A stretch of 64,000 nucleotides of DNA from Octopus vulgaris (taxonomy: Eukaryota): the NCBI GenBank assembly GCA_951406725.2, contig OX597826.1, positions 60,202,001 to 60,266,000 of the forward strand. The letters are read 5' to 3'. Positions within the stretch are counted from its first letter, which is position 1. Every line of letters begins with the position of its first letter. The position numbers and the translations under genes are program-made. The notes below the pieces were generated by a model, which was not told the origin of the DNA, did not search any database, and saw only the letters and a list, made by a program, of their open reading frames with translations. Positions 37,669 to 51,649 of this stretch are shown here, in pieces.

Positions 37669-38522
37669 AATTTGAGATAAAACCACTATTAGGCAACTCA
37701 AACAGTGATAGACATAAACCAAAACATAAAAAACATAAATAAATATAATTAATATAATATGCAATATATATATAAAATATAAAATTTAAAATTTAATTTT
37801 TCTGGGGCCTAATATTGGTTTTATCACTAATTTTATCACTAATACTGTGAAATTTGATTCATCCTAAATTTAATTTTCGCTTTAAGTTTGGATATACTCC
37901 CTAATATTGTTATTATTATTATATATATCTATATATATATATATATATATATATATTAACATGAACATGAAGATAGAATCGAGTATACGAAAAGCTATGC
38001 ACCAGGAAGGGTTGAGTAATCTCTGTGGTTCCGTGCTATGGTTTGGGATGGTCGAAATATCGAACTGGATACTTTGGTCGTGTAGACAGAGAAAACCAAT
38101 ACTATACATATTTAGCGCCTAAGGAGCTGGTCCAAATTACGTGTTACTTTGAGTAGAACGTTGTTGGTATACTCTAGGCTGTCCGTCAAGTGGCAAATTC
38201 CCTTGGGAAATTATAATCACACGAATAACATACCAACATCAATCCATCGTACGATATTATTCCTTTAATTATACACACACACACACACACAAACGCATAT
38301 ATATATATATGAAATGTAAATACGAACGGAATAAATCAAATTTCGGGTAAATCGGATAAGTGGTTGTGGAGATATTAAGTGTTTTCGGGATACAAATATC
38401 CAAAACAGTGCATAATGGAAAAAGTCGCCGAAAATAATCTTTATCTTGAAAGGGAAGAAACTCTTAACTTTCGATTAGATACAGTGACTTAACGAAAATA
38501 CACGATTTGTTTTTTACAATAA

Positions 38523-38720
38523 AGTAGCCTGACCCGTGCCGTCAAAAATGACGGCTAATTGTACTATTTTATATATAAATAGGGTACATAATAATCACGC
38601 ATATAAAAGTTTTATACGGCACGCATTTCTGTCGAATGAGCAACCGTTTACATTTTAAGAAAGTTGAAATAATTCCATTAAACGAACACGTAAATGGTCG
38701 TCGTCATACAAGGTAGATAC
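38523..38720 (-). mobile_element. Probable Helitron 3' end
   Basis: Subterminal hairpin GCCGTCA-AAAA-TGACGGC (38538-38555) about 11 nt from a CTAG-like end (CTAC here). Confidence 0.5.
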
Positions 38721-39356
38721 AACATATATGGGCGTGTATGTGTGTGTTTGTGTAAGTATGGTGTGCATGGGTGTACGTGTATGTGTGTGGACATGTGTGA
38801 CTGAGCGATTCTATAGATCACACAGACACAGACGTTCACATGTGACTACTAATGAATACATTTTACGCTATGAGAACCTGTACTCCTAAACACATTCAGT
38901 GGGGCTTTTTGTCATATGTGCATTACACACACATGCGCACGCACACACACACGTATATGCATATATAGATATATATACATGAAAAGCTGTATCGCTAAAA
39001 GTGGAACTTAAAAATACTTCTATGCCACAGAATAGTCAAAAAATTAATTCAAACATGATAGGAGAAAAATTACAGTGAACAATAACATCAATTTACCTCT
39101 GCTAGGTCAGCAAAAGTAATACTGGCACTAGCGATGATATCTTTAGTAGGACTACCAATCTCATATATATATGTAAATATATACATATACACACATATAT
39201 GAATGTATGCCTGTATGTATGTATAACATTAGAAGTTAGCTTGAAACTTGCTTGCAATGTTACCCAGCAGAACTGGCGCATAATGGGTCATGTGTTGTCT
39301 AGTTTTGTATCAATAATGATAGCTATATGACTGGATAGATAGATTGATAGACAGAC

Positions 39357-39447
<91 letters not shown>

Positions 39448-39552
39448 GCGATAGATAGAGAGATAGGTAGATATGTTTCTTTATTAGCCACACAGGGCTG
39501 CACACAGATAGAACAAATTACAAGATAGATAGATAGATAGATAGATAGATAT

Positions 39553-39662
<110 letters not shown>

Positions 39663-40133
39663 TGAGAGAGAGAGAGATACTGAATGAGTGATTGACTAAT
39701 TGTTTGATTGATTGACAGACAGATAGACAGAGTTTTCTCGTCAAGTGTTAGGATTAGAGTTTCCATCAAGGAATGGAGACGAAATATGGGAGTATATTGG
39801 TGTGTGTGTGTGTGTATGCGTTTGTATGTGTGTGTGTGGATGTGTGTATGTTGTGTGTTTACACGTTTCTGTGTCTCTGTTTTTCTACAATTCTAGGGTT
39901 ACTGTCGAATATTAACGATTCATTGAAACCCGTCATATATGAGTCATACTATGGGCAGCGTTACACACTAGGAATAAATAGGAAGTATAGGTTAAAGGTC
40001 GTCAAGCCAACTTAATCAGCGACAATGTAAGAATATATATCTATCTTTCTATATATTGACAAAGATATATAGATGAATAGATAAATAGATAGATATGTAT
40101 GTGTGTGTGTGCGTGTGTGTGTATGGGTAAACG

Positions 40134-40170
<37 letters not shown>

Positions 40171-40189
40171 ATACGTTATATGCATTCTA

Positions 40190-40409
40190 TTATTCTTTCA
40201 TTTGTTTCAGTCAATTGACTGCGGCCATGCTGGAGTACCACCTTTAGTGGAACCAATCGACCCCAGGACTTATTCTTTGTAAGCCTATTACTTATTCTAT
40301 CAATCCCTTTTGCCGAATCGTTAATTTAAGAGGATATAAGCACGCCAACATCAGTTATCAAGCGACGGTGGGGTTAAACACAGACACACAAATAAACATA
40401 AACACACAG

Positions 40410-40430
<21 letters not shown>
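40190..40430 (-). mobile_element. SINE family A 3' half
   Basis: Family A tail similarity. Confidence 0.85.
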
Positions 40431-40456
<26 letters not shown>

Positions 40457-40463
<7 letters not shown>

Positions 40464-40752
40464 ATCACGTGACCGGCCACGCTATCAGGTGTTGCTACAC
40501 ATCGCTGGTCACAATGCGCCTCGCATTGTTTTAGCAATCAAGTGACGCTACCCGGCCGGCTATGCCAGCAAGCCAACAGAAGACAGAGTGAGAGAAAGAT
40601 GTGGTGAAAGAGTACAGCAGGGATTGCGAACACCCGCTGCCGGAGCATCGTGGAGCTTTAGGTGATTTCGCTCAATAAATACTCACAACACCCGGTCTGG
40701 TAATCGAAACCACGATCCTCTGCCCTAACCACTGGGCCATTGCGCCTCCACA
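40457..40752 (-). mobile_element. SINE family C with tail type 3 (RTE-like tail)
   Basis: Head TGTGGAGGCGCAATGGCCCAGTGGTTAGGGCAG as at 31769; tail matches 49829-49947. Confidence 0.88.
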
Positions 40753-40782
40753 CAAACACGCACACACACAAACACACACACA

Positions 40783-41043
40783 GGAGTGGCCAAGTACTTT
40801 CTTACGAACCACATGGCTCCGGGTTCATTTCCACTGCATGGCACCTTGGGCAACTGTCTTCTACTATAACCTCGGGTCGACCAAAGCCTTGTCTGTGGAT
40901 TTGGTAGACGAAGACTGAAAGAAGAGACCGATGCAATAAGTACTAGTCTTACTAAGAAATAGTCCTGGGATCGATTTGCTCGATTAAAGGCGGTACGGCA
41001 GCATGGCCGCAGTCAAATGACTGAAACAAGTAAAAGAATAAAA
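40783..41043 (+). mobile_element. SINE family A with central deletion
   Basis: Head and tail present, microsatellite-containing middle missing. Confidence 0.85.
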
Positions 41044-41082
41044 GTATACTATTTATATTTATATGCATATATATACATATAC

Positions 41083-41143
<61 letters not shown>

Positions 41144-41145
41144 TT

Positions 41146-41415
41146 TTGTGTTTGGGGAGAGTCATTCTCTTTTAGTGCCTAATTATTTAACACACTCACC
41201 GGTAAAATTAACACTTATTTCTTATTTTTTATTTTCAAAAAGTTTCATTGCGTCTTACAACCTTTTCAATAGTATTTGAGAGTCAAGACTATTGAAAAGG
41301 TTGCAAGATGCAATGAAAATTTCAGAAAATAAAAAATAAGAAATAAGTGGTAACTTTACCGGTGAGTGTGTTAAATAATAAGGCACTAAAAGAGAATGAC
41401 TCTCCCCAGACACAA
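41146..41415. mobile_element. Foldback/palindromic element, ~128-bp arms and 14-bp spacer
   Basis: 41146-41273 is the reverse complement of 41288-41415 with scattered mismatches; partial second copy at 47392-47485. Confidence 0.85.
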
Positions 41416-41474
41416 CAGAATATGCTGCAACACACGAACTCATATAAAGAATCTTGCAAACCAAATCCCAAAAC

Positions 41475-41524
<50 letters not shown>

Positions 41525-41985
41525 TACACACAAGCACGCACACACACACACACACATATGACATACGTAAATGTATATACGAAGATATACACAGCTATAA
41601 CCATGTTTTTATATATGTACGTATTTGTGTTCGTGTATGTGTATATGTACGTATTGGTGCACGGATTATTTATACGATGCATTTTGCCCCAAACTCAACG
41701 GAAGTATATGAAAGTTTGTACGGAAGTTGTTATCAACATATCTGTGGACTTTATCACTGACATTTTCGAGTCTTGTTCTGTATATTTGTCTGGGAGGTGT
41801 AAAGTACATAATATTTACTTGCATCAACCAGATAGATGATGTTTGTGAAACTGGACAACCGGATGTGAGACCAACATTTTCGTAATTGAAGCTTGCCCGA
41901 AGTACGTGACATTCGAAACATAAAAACCTAGATGATTGCCCACTTCAGACATATATAGAGAACCGGACGCTCACCCACAGACACA

Positions 41986-42048
<63 letters not shown>

Positions 42049-42116
42049 TCGTGTGTGTGTGTGTGTGTATAAATACATACATATATATATTTGTGTGTGT
42101 GTGCGTGTAGATAGAC

Positions 42117-42151
<35 letters not shown>

Positions 42152-42199
42152 TGGACAGACAGTTATATATATATATGCTGACAGGCACATGGCCATATA

Positions 42200-42350
42200 T
42201 ACGAATTATTGGTAAAAGTTCCTAGGTTTAGGTAAAAGAAAGTACTGGAGAAGCAGTTAATTATGATTATTTTTCCCTACATATTCCCCTCTCAGGTTCA
42301 CACACTTATTGCAACGGTACTTCAGTTTTTCTGAGCTTTGTAAAAGTAGA
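42200..42350 (-). mobile_element. mariner 3' terminus relic
   Basis: Minus strand KLKYRCNKCVNLRGEYVGK (mariner transposase C-terminus) followed by a TACGA...AAAAGTTCC-type end. Confidence 0.65.
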
Positions 42351-42394
42351 GGTAGATTGGAGACTCCAGCCAGGGCTTTTGCGATATATGCTTC

Positions 42395-42431
<37 letters not shown>

Positions 42432-42435
<4 letters not shown>

Positions 42436-42607
42436 GCAGGAGTGTCTGTGTGGTAGGTAGCTTGCTTACCAGCCACATGGTGCTTGGTTCAGCCCCACTG
42501 CGTGGCACCTTGGGTAGGTGTCTTCTACCTTGATCCGACCAAAGGCTTGTGAGTGGATTTTGTAGACGGAAACTGAAAGAAGCCCGTCGTATATATGTAT
42601 ATGTATG

Positions 42608-42663
<56 letters not shown>

Positions 42664-42875
42664 GGTGTATATGATTGTGTGTCTGTGTTTGTCCCTCCAG
42701 CATCGCTTGACAACCGATTGTGGTGTGTATACGTCCCCGTAATTTAGCGGTTCGGGATAAGAGACCGATATAATAAGTACAAGGCTCCCAAAGAATAAGT
42801 CCTAGGGTCGATTTTCTGAACTAAAGGCGGTGCTCCAGCATGACTGAAACAAGTAATAGAGTAAAAGAGAGTAAG

Positions 42876-42877
<2 letters not shown>
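42432..42877 (+). mobile_element. SINE family A, full length
   Basis: Head, internal (TA)n and tail present. Confidence 0.92.
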
Positions 42878-42912
<35 letters not shown>

Positions 42913-43193
42913 AGTGAATATAGATATGCATACATGAAATCTTTTGCTGGTAACGTATGTATAACTCTCTGTTTCGAAAAATTCAGAAATAAACGCAGAA
43001 AAAGGATAAATCAGCAGAAATTCCATTGGTAAACAAGTAAAATCTAATTAGAAACATCGTAAGACTTCCAGATTTACATCATGTTTTTGCATGCAACACA
43101 GGTTGACGACAAAATACAATAGATTGTGGGAGTTGTAGTCATAATTTATGTTCAGCCTGTGCAAATATACAAATACATAAACACATAGATATG

Positions 43194-44160
43194 ACTAAGT
43201 GGCATTGCATCCCGGCGTTGCCCGGGTGTTATGACCTGCGGCCATTTGTATTAACTTTTCTTTTCTTCTAGTCAGAATCGGCACACCTGATATATAATGA
43301 ACTGGATTACTAGCGTAATGGAAGTTATTGCTTGTTTAAAAGTGAAGGACGGGAGGGTGCTATTTGCATGTGTTTGCATAAAAGTGCTTTCTGTTATTTA
43401 GAAGGACCATAAACTACGAATTGTTTCATTGTATAGAAAGGGGTTAATACAATTTTTTCCAGAAATCACGTTCTCAAAATTTTAATTCTCCACCCCGTCC
43501 CCACCGCGATTTCTTAATTTGTAGCTATTTTTCGATTTTTAAAAAAAATTCTGGAAAAATACAGAGATTACGAATCTGGGAAATACATTTTTGAAAGTTT
43601 AATTTTTGTTAATGCCCCTTCCCCTATCTTGTTCACCCATTACCTACCGCTTTCATAAAACTAAAACCTCCCAACGTTTCACTTTCGTCTGATGTTTTAC
43701 GCATGCGTACAATTGTACTGAAGGGTGCACGATACGCTTGAAGCAACACGGGTTAAGAGAGACTTAAACATTTTAATATTTCTATCTTTGAAAACCAGTG
43801 GATGTATTCCACTGAAATTAGGTAAATAATTCTTCGATCAGACGGTCAGCAGCGACGCCTGCTGGGCTTGGCTAATCTGCATTGATAAAGGGCAAATACT
43901 CTGAAACATGTCTGCAGATACCTGACCAGCAAGGGGGAGCGGCTGACCTCCCCTTTTCGAAGGTTATAATGGACACAGGTTCGTGTGTCATATAACTAGC
44001 TAGAGGCGAAGTTGAAGGCGATGGCGTCTTGGAGCTAATCAACGGCGGTTTAGTCTTATATTTATGGACTGCCATATTAGCTTGGCGATAACTGTTAATT
44101 TCCAGTACCGCTGCCGTAGTCTCCTTTAGAGAGACTCAGAAATTTTAATATTTATATATA
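43194..44160 (-). mobile_element. Probable non-autonomous Helitron-like element (far boundary uncertain)
   Basis: CCCGGCGTTGCCCGGG hairpin near an ACTA(A)G end at 43194, typical of Helitron-derived repeats; opposite end runs into a TA-rich tract. Confidence 0.45.
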
Positions 44161-44179
44161 TATAAATATATATATATAA

Positions 44180-44250
<71 letters not shown>

Positions 44251-44280
44251 AAAAAAGGAGATGTCGAACACGAGTGGTGA

Positions 44281-44736
<456 letters not shown>

Positions 44737-45079
44737 GTGTGTGTTTGAAAGTAAGTACTGGAGCCGATTCATTCGATTAAATATTCTTGAAGGCATTGTA
44801 ATGACTGAAAGAAATAAAACGTATCAGATAACCCCACTCCACAACATTTATGGATTTTTTGTTATTTTTCTACGGATCATTATTTTGAGATGGTATTATA
44901 TAAATAAGTCTTGTTATCTCACTCTCAGAAAAAATATTTATAGTGAGTAACACTCCAATCAATGATGGAGGGTAAAGGGATTTGCAGACGTCTTGCCAGT
45001 TCCTATCTCAGCTTCTCTTGATTCAAATTGAAAACCCTCCGAGAAATAAAAAGAAACGTTTTGTCCTCTATGTTGTTTT

Positions 45080-45382
45080 TCTTTGTTCCTTCTTGAGCCA
45101 CGCCTGGTTCATAAGGGCCAGTTTCCCGGTTTCATTGAGGTATAGGTTCTTTACCTGTACGGGACACCGGTCAGTCGCAGGTGAGTTGCTTGATGCAGGA
45201 GGAAAGAATGAGAGAAAGTTTTGGCGAAAGAGTCAGCAGAAGTTCACCATTACCTGCTGCTGGACCCGCGTGGAGCTTAGGTGTTTCGTTCCTAAAGACA
45301 CACATCGCCCTAGCTGAGATTCGAACCCTCGATCCCTCGACCACGAGTCCGCTGCCCTAACCAGTAGGCCATGTGCCTCCAC
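45080..45382 (-). mobile_element. SINE family C (tail type 2), full length
   Basis: Head GTGGAGGCACATGGCCTACTGGTTAGGGCAGCGGACTCG...GGTTCGAATCTC on the minus strand; matches the 13040 copy. Confidence 0.9.
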
Positions 45383-46409
45383 TTTGTCCTGTAAAGTTCT
45401 TAAATTTTGAATAACCTAGTTTTGACCACAACAGTTATGTGAAGCAATTTAAAAACAGCTCAGTATTGGGAGTCACCAGCGAGGTCTATGCTACATAAGG
45501 ACACTGTTGACACTTAAACAAAAAAATACTAATATACGTGCATACCAGTGAACGAATGCATGTGCCTGAGGCATGAGATTTTTTTCCATTTCATAGAATT
45601 CAAAATCTGATATTTATATGTACTTAGTATTATCAAATAAATTCCTCTGTAAATAAGTGTTAACGTTGCCTCCTTGGTTCTACATTTATCTATAACATAT
45701 ATTTTACACCTGTTATTAATTTGATCGGCTCCGTTGACAAAATACTATTGTATCTAGAGATATGTGTTTTTTTAATGTTTCCTATAAATGGCCAGTATTC
45801 TAGACACTTTTTGAAATATGTTGTGGCTTCAAGCAATTCCTACAAACATCGAAACTTCTCAATTTTTTCTTTTCTCCTTCTTTCTCTTTCTTGTTCTTTC
45901 TCCCTCTACCACTCAGTTTTATACACACTTCGCTTTTTCACACACACATATGCACAGTGAGTGAAACAGACAGAGAAAACAAAAATAACAGACATATAGA
46001 CTACTGAGCCAATATCTTTTACATTCAGTTATCATTTATTTCTAAATATAAATATTTAAAATAACGTTACTCTTTCACTGACGCGATTTGTTCAATGTTC
46101 CGTTTTATCTTTGGAAAAATAATGTCGAGTTTGAATAAGCTTCAAGGATTTCCGTTTCCTTAGTCTGTATATTATTATTTGTGTGTGTGTGTATTTCATT
46201 ATACTTGCTGAAATTTTAACCTATGATGTTAGGATTTGGACTTTTGATGTATGAAACTTCCCTTATTTTAGGATTCGGTTTCCAGTTTTTAACAAGAGGC
46301 ATTCTTGAAGTTTCGTGTCTTTCTCAGGCGAGACATTTATTAAGTTCAAAGCTGTAAAACACTCTAATCTCTTTGAAATTAGGATCCTTTGATTTCAATT
46401 CTCTTGTTC

Positions 46410-47030
46410 TGGTGCTCCAACCATTTCGTGAAGGCCCCATGGGACTCCTCCCAAAATTAAGGTATCCAGGAGCTTTCACACGTCTTCCTTCATGTCTTTC
46501 AGTTCGAGAAATTTCACAGGGAGCAAGTCCTGAATTATATGGATGTGTGGGATAGTTTTGATGTCCACTTCTGTTAAGTAGTTGGTTACCAGGAAGTGGG
46601 TGTAGACTGGAGTATTGTCATGGGACACATTCTTTGGCCTTTTGCGACGAAATCTCTACTGAACTCCTTAAAAACCTTCACAAAGTACACTTTGTTGGCC
46701 GTTGGGCGACAGGGAACCAAACATATATAGATGATGACTTTGATGTCGTAAATGGGGAACTTCATGTGTTTTCCGGTGGAATTGATTTGCTTGGTCTTTA
46801 CGGCCAGCGAAAGAAAATGCTAAACACATACAAGTTTATTCACAGGCGATTTGGATCATTTCATAAGATTTCATGCTACATTTCCCTGTCTAAACTAAAA
46901 CTTTATTGCATGGCGAGTTTCTAAATTTTCTTTTCATTCGCAAACTAGGCAGCTGTGAAAGTTCCTCTTATGGCCATCTTCTTCAATCTGGAATTAAAAA
47001 AGTTAGCTGGTCAACTTATCTGATGTATTA
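46410..47030 (-). mobile_element. Internally deleted mariner transposase relic
   Basis: Minus-strand fragments LETRHAIKF*FRQGK (N-terminus), HDNTPVYT...LVTNYLTEVDIKTIPH...LAPC (catalytic region) and GAFTKWLEHQNK. Confidence 0.75.
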
Positions 47031-47391
47031 TAATGATATATTAGACTGACAATATGCTAGGTCAGTTATAAGTGTCTTTCCTAAAAAGTCTAACAATTTC
47101 TAGAATGCATTTCGCATATGTGTTGAAATCGTACCCTTATTTCTTTGATTTTAATAGCCTTCGCGTATTTTATGGTGAAACACTTTCTGTAGTCATAGGT
47201 GATGTTTCGAATATTACGCTTTCTCATTTATCAGCTATGTAGAAATTGTCATTAAGTACCCACGCAGTCAATAAGTTAATAACCAATTGTACAGATGAAT
47301 ATTTGAGCGTGGCTGCGTATAGGTCCAGACTTGGCTGCGTGGTAAGCTTCCTTCCCAACCACTTATCTATGTATATATATATATATATAAG

Positions 47392-47485
47392 TTCACCGGT
47401 AAATTTATGTATAAATATAACTTTACAGGTGAGTGTTTAAAATAATAAGGCACTAAAAAAGAATGACTCTCCCCAGACACAACAA
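47392..47485. repeat. Partial copy of the 41146-41415 foldback element
   Basis: AACTTTACAGGTGAGTGT...ATAATAAGGCACTAAAA.AGAATGACTCTCCCCAGACACAACA. Confidence 0.85.
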
Positions 47486-47716
47486 TATATATATAGACAC
47501 ATATAGACAAATATATACATGCATACATATGTATAATTTTTTTATGTTATTCAAAATTTTGCATACTTCATAGCTTATATTTACTTTTGATATAAAAGCG
47601 AGGTACGCGTCAATTAGTTACCAAATTACGGGAACGCGCGGTAATTGAATTTAAATGTACAAGTAAATTTTCTCTGATTATTATTACTTTATACACAGAC
47701 CAACTTAGTATCACGC

Positions 47717-47785
<69 letters not shown>

Positions 47786-47798
47786 GATATATGCATGA

Positions 47799-47829
<31 letters not shown>

Positions 47830-49339
47830 CATGCATGTTTGTATGTATGCATGCATGTATGTATGTATGTATGTATAGTATGTATATCAGAATAGGTAAA
47901 TGATACAGACCGCTTTCTGTAAATATACCATATTCATTTCGCTATATCGAAATGCTTGAGCCATTGCACTAGAATGTCGATCGGTCGTGCGAATGCTACG
48001 ACATTGAAACTTTCGTGTTCATATTAATATTGTTTTCGTCGCTGCTCTGTATAGCTTATGCTCTAATTTTTACTGTATTTTTTACTGTTTAACATTTATC
48101 CTTCAACCTGTGCTATTAACAATCTGCCGCCAGTTGCCATTGGACCACGTGATAGATTGACTGGAGACAACTTCCGACATATTTACGTGATTTGGTAAAA
48201 ACAAAATGGTCGAAAGATGGAGAAGAAGTAATGACAAAGATGTTGGTAAGTGGGGAAAGGAAAATGTTGTTGTTAGCTGTGGTAGTGGCGTGAGGTTTCA
48301 ACGTATTTTTTTTATGTCTCCATGTGGTTATCGTGGTGATGGTGACATTTGTGACAGTGGCCGTTGTGCACGATACTCGTATTGATATTAGTGATGGTGA
48401 TGATTACGCTCATAGTATTAATGGTCGTGATTTTGGAGGTGCGAGTGGTGATGGAGACGGAGATGTTGCTTTTGATGGCGTGCTTGATGATTGCTGTTTT
48501 GATGATATTAGCTGCAACTATATTCATAGTTGAAAATGTTGATATCGCTGTTGATTGCGTTAGCAATGTCGGTAGAGACTGTTGTAGAGACGATAGTAGC
48601 GTTGGCGGTGATATATAGAGATGATAGCTAGTTTGGTGCTTCCATTGACTGATTGACACATTTATTAATGATCGCATGCACTGTCAGGCCTGCTGGGTGA
48701 ATTCTGTTTGGATGGATGGATGGATGGATGGATGGATGGATGGATGGAGAGAGGGCGGAAGAAGGCATAGACGAATACAGAAATAAGGGGAGGTTATATA
48801 GATGAATGAACGATTGACGGATGCTCTGAGATTTTGTTGAAATGAACATTTTAGATATAAAGACAGTTTACAGATTGGTCAAGGATGCGAGGAAATGAAG
48901 AGAATACATCAGGCGACAACAAGTCTGGAATCCCTGCACGCAGACTCCGTGGAGCTCATGGCATTTGTTGTGATGGACTGGCGTTATTAGCGATGATGTT
49001 TACTGGGCCGCGGTTTGCATCGGATTGATAGTAGCGAAGTTGATGGCCGTCATTTTAGTGTCGGTGGTAATTATGGTAGTAACTGATGAACGTGATTGAC
49101 CTAAATGGATTTTGCATGTATTGTCTATATTCATAGTGAATAGATTATCAGTAGGTATAGTTAGGGAGCGACTAAGACTTTGAGCTAGAAAAGGTGTTCG
49201 TTAATCGAATTAATGAGTTAAAATCCGCTGCGTATATATATATATATATATTGATCTCTCTCTTCTAAATATACAATATGTGTACATCATTTGAAAGACT
49301 CTCTGTGTGTGTATATATATATATATATATATGTGTCTG

Positions 49340-49719
49340 CCGATAAAGGCTTTTTTCCCAAAATACGCCAGCTAAACTTGTACTGTTATTAGTCGTAAGA
49401 CACCTGCTTTTTGTATTTCATTTTTGTTTTTTGTATTTCATTATTGTTTTTTGTATTTTATATTCGTGTGGCATCGTCCGTTTTTCTGTCCCTATTTCGT
49501 ATACATTCGATCCTTCTTCCTAGAAATCTAATGCTCGTAGCTTAGTTTTTCCTGGGGGCTGGCCGGATCGGAGCGATCTCAAGATTAATCAGCCGAAATT
49601 GCTACGATGATCCGGTTCTTGACTGAAGATTGAAGGCTTCGAATGTCCCGTCCGTGTTTTTTGTATCGTCTTCTAAGTGTTTTGCGTTCTTGTCCAAGTT
49701 TGTATTTTTCTACATATAA

Positions 49720-49720
<1 letters not shown>
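49340..49720 (+). repeat. Dispersed repeat family F between (TA)n tracts
   Basis: 3' part homologous to 22275-22450. Confidence 0.65.
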
Positions 49721-49776
<56 letters not shown>

Positions 49777-49800
49777 CACACATACATATATATATATACG

Positions 49801-49828
<28 letters not shown>

Positions 49829-49832
<4 letters not shown>

Positions 49833-49947
49833 CCTGCTCGCTTAGCCAGCGGGGTGGCGTCATTCGAAGGCTAAAACAATGCGAACGCATTGTGACCAGC
49901 GATGTGTAACAACATCTGATGGTCTGGTCAGTCACGTGATCACGTGA
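49829..49947 (+). mobile_element. Isolated SINE tail type 3 inserted in (TA)n
   Basis: Reverse complement of 40457-40577; ends CACGTGATCACGTGAT. Confidence 0.85.
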
Positions 49948-51321
49948 TATATATATATACATATATATATATACACATACATATACATATGTATATATAT
50001 ATATATATAATATAATTATATAAATATATGCATACATGTATATACATACCTACCTATTTATGTATATATACACGCATATAAGGGTACAGGACAAAAAAAA
50101 ACGTGCAACACAATAAGAAACGAAAACATAAAAACAAAATCATAGAGACGAAATTGTTTTTCAAATACCGAAAAAAACAGCGTACAAAACATACAACACA
50201 AGGAATATTCCCCTTCTTCAGTTGTCCCTGTTTCATCTACTCCGTGTTGCGAACGTAAGAACAAGACGCGACTTTTTGAAACAATCCTTCCTTCAAAGTA
50301 AATTAAATAAAAGTGGTAACAAGAACAATACAGTAAAAACAATAAAAATGCAGAAACAGTAAAAGAAAGAACAATGAGAACAAAACAGCAAAAACGAACG
50401 ATGAAGTTTGTTAAGCCAAGACGATGGAAAAATTATTGTGAAAACTTACGGAGACAGCTTATGAAAGAGACAGGATAAGCTGGTCAGGTCTTGGTGAAGA
50501 TAGCAGTTGGAAAGATGGCTTCCCTCTGATTACATCTCAGTGATGAGAGAGTCGAGGAGGAGGAGGAGGAGGAGGGGGAGGAGTACGAGAGAGGGAACGG
50601 TAAAGAGGAGAGGAGAAGAATAAGGAAGGGTGGGAGAGAAAATCAGACACGATGAAGAACAAGAGAAGGAGACAGATAGACAGAGAACAAATAGTAAAAC
50701 AGAAGATACATACATATATGTGTGTGTATGTAGTTGTGTGTAAACCCTGAAATAGATATAATTAAGCAGATAAAAATAGAAAAATATAGCAATCAACCAT
50801 TTATATCACTTCAAATCAATATACGAGAAAAATACCATTGTCAGGAAAGACAATGTGTAACAAAAAATTTTTAAATGTTACATGAGATAGATATTATTTT
50901 TGCTCATAATTTTCAAATGACTAAATATTTTACTCTGTCTGAACATTTCTTGTACAAATTTTTTTTTTTCATTTCTCATAATCACAACTGTATCATCTTG
51001 TGTTATTATTATATGGTGTTACATTTTTCATTATGATTATTCGTAAGTGCAGAAAATTAGTCTACGTAGCTGTATCAAATTGTTTGACAGCTTTTCGCTT
51101 TTAAATTAATAAACTGTTATAATATAGACAAGTAATTTAATAATTCATTCACATAATGTTTCTTTTGTCAGAATGTATAACAACAAATTCGTGATATCAA
51201 GTGAGTAGGTCATTCACTATATACACATAGTTTTTGTCTTACAACGTATAATACGTTGTTTGTTACCAAAGCCATGTGCTTATGCATATAAGCATATATC
51301 TATGTACGCGTAAATACATCT

Positions 51322-51630
51322 GAAGGCGCGTGAGTTGGTATGTAGGGGCATGCAGCTCACGATAGTGAGGTCTCGCGTTCGATTCCCGACTGCTTGATGT
51401 GTCATTGAGCAAGAGACTTTATTTCACGTTGCGCCAGTCTACTCAGCTGGCAAAAATATATGGTACTTCTAATTCAAACGACCAGCTATTTCACTTCCCG
51501 TGTCACGCTGAATCTCCCTGAGAACTATTTTAGTGGTACGCGCATCCGTGGAGTACTCAACTATTGCACGTTAATTTCATGAGCAGGTTGTTCTGTTGAT
51601 CGGATCAACTGCAACGCAATCCGTTTCATC
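51322..51630 (+). mobile_element. SINE: family D head with tail type 1
   Basis: GTTCGATTCCC B box and D body; tail GTCACGCTGAATCTCCCTGAGAACT...CACGTTAATTTCA shared with the 31766 copy. Confidence 0.8.
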
Positions 51631-51649
51631 ACGACAAAATGAAGCTTCT

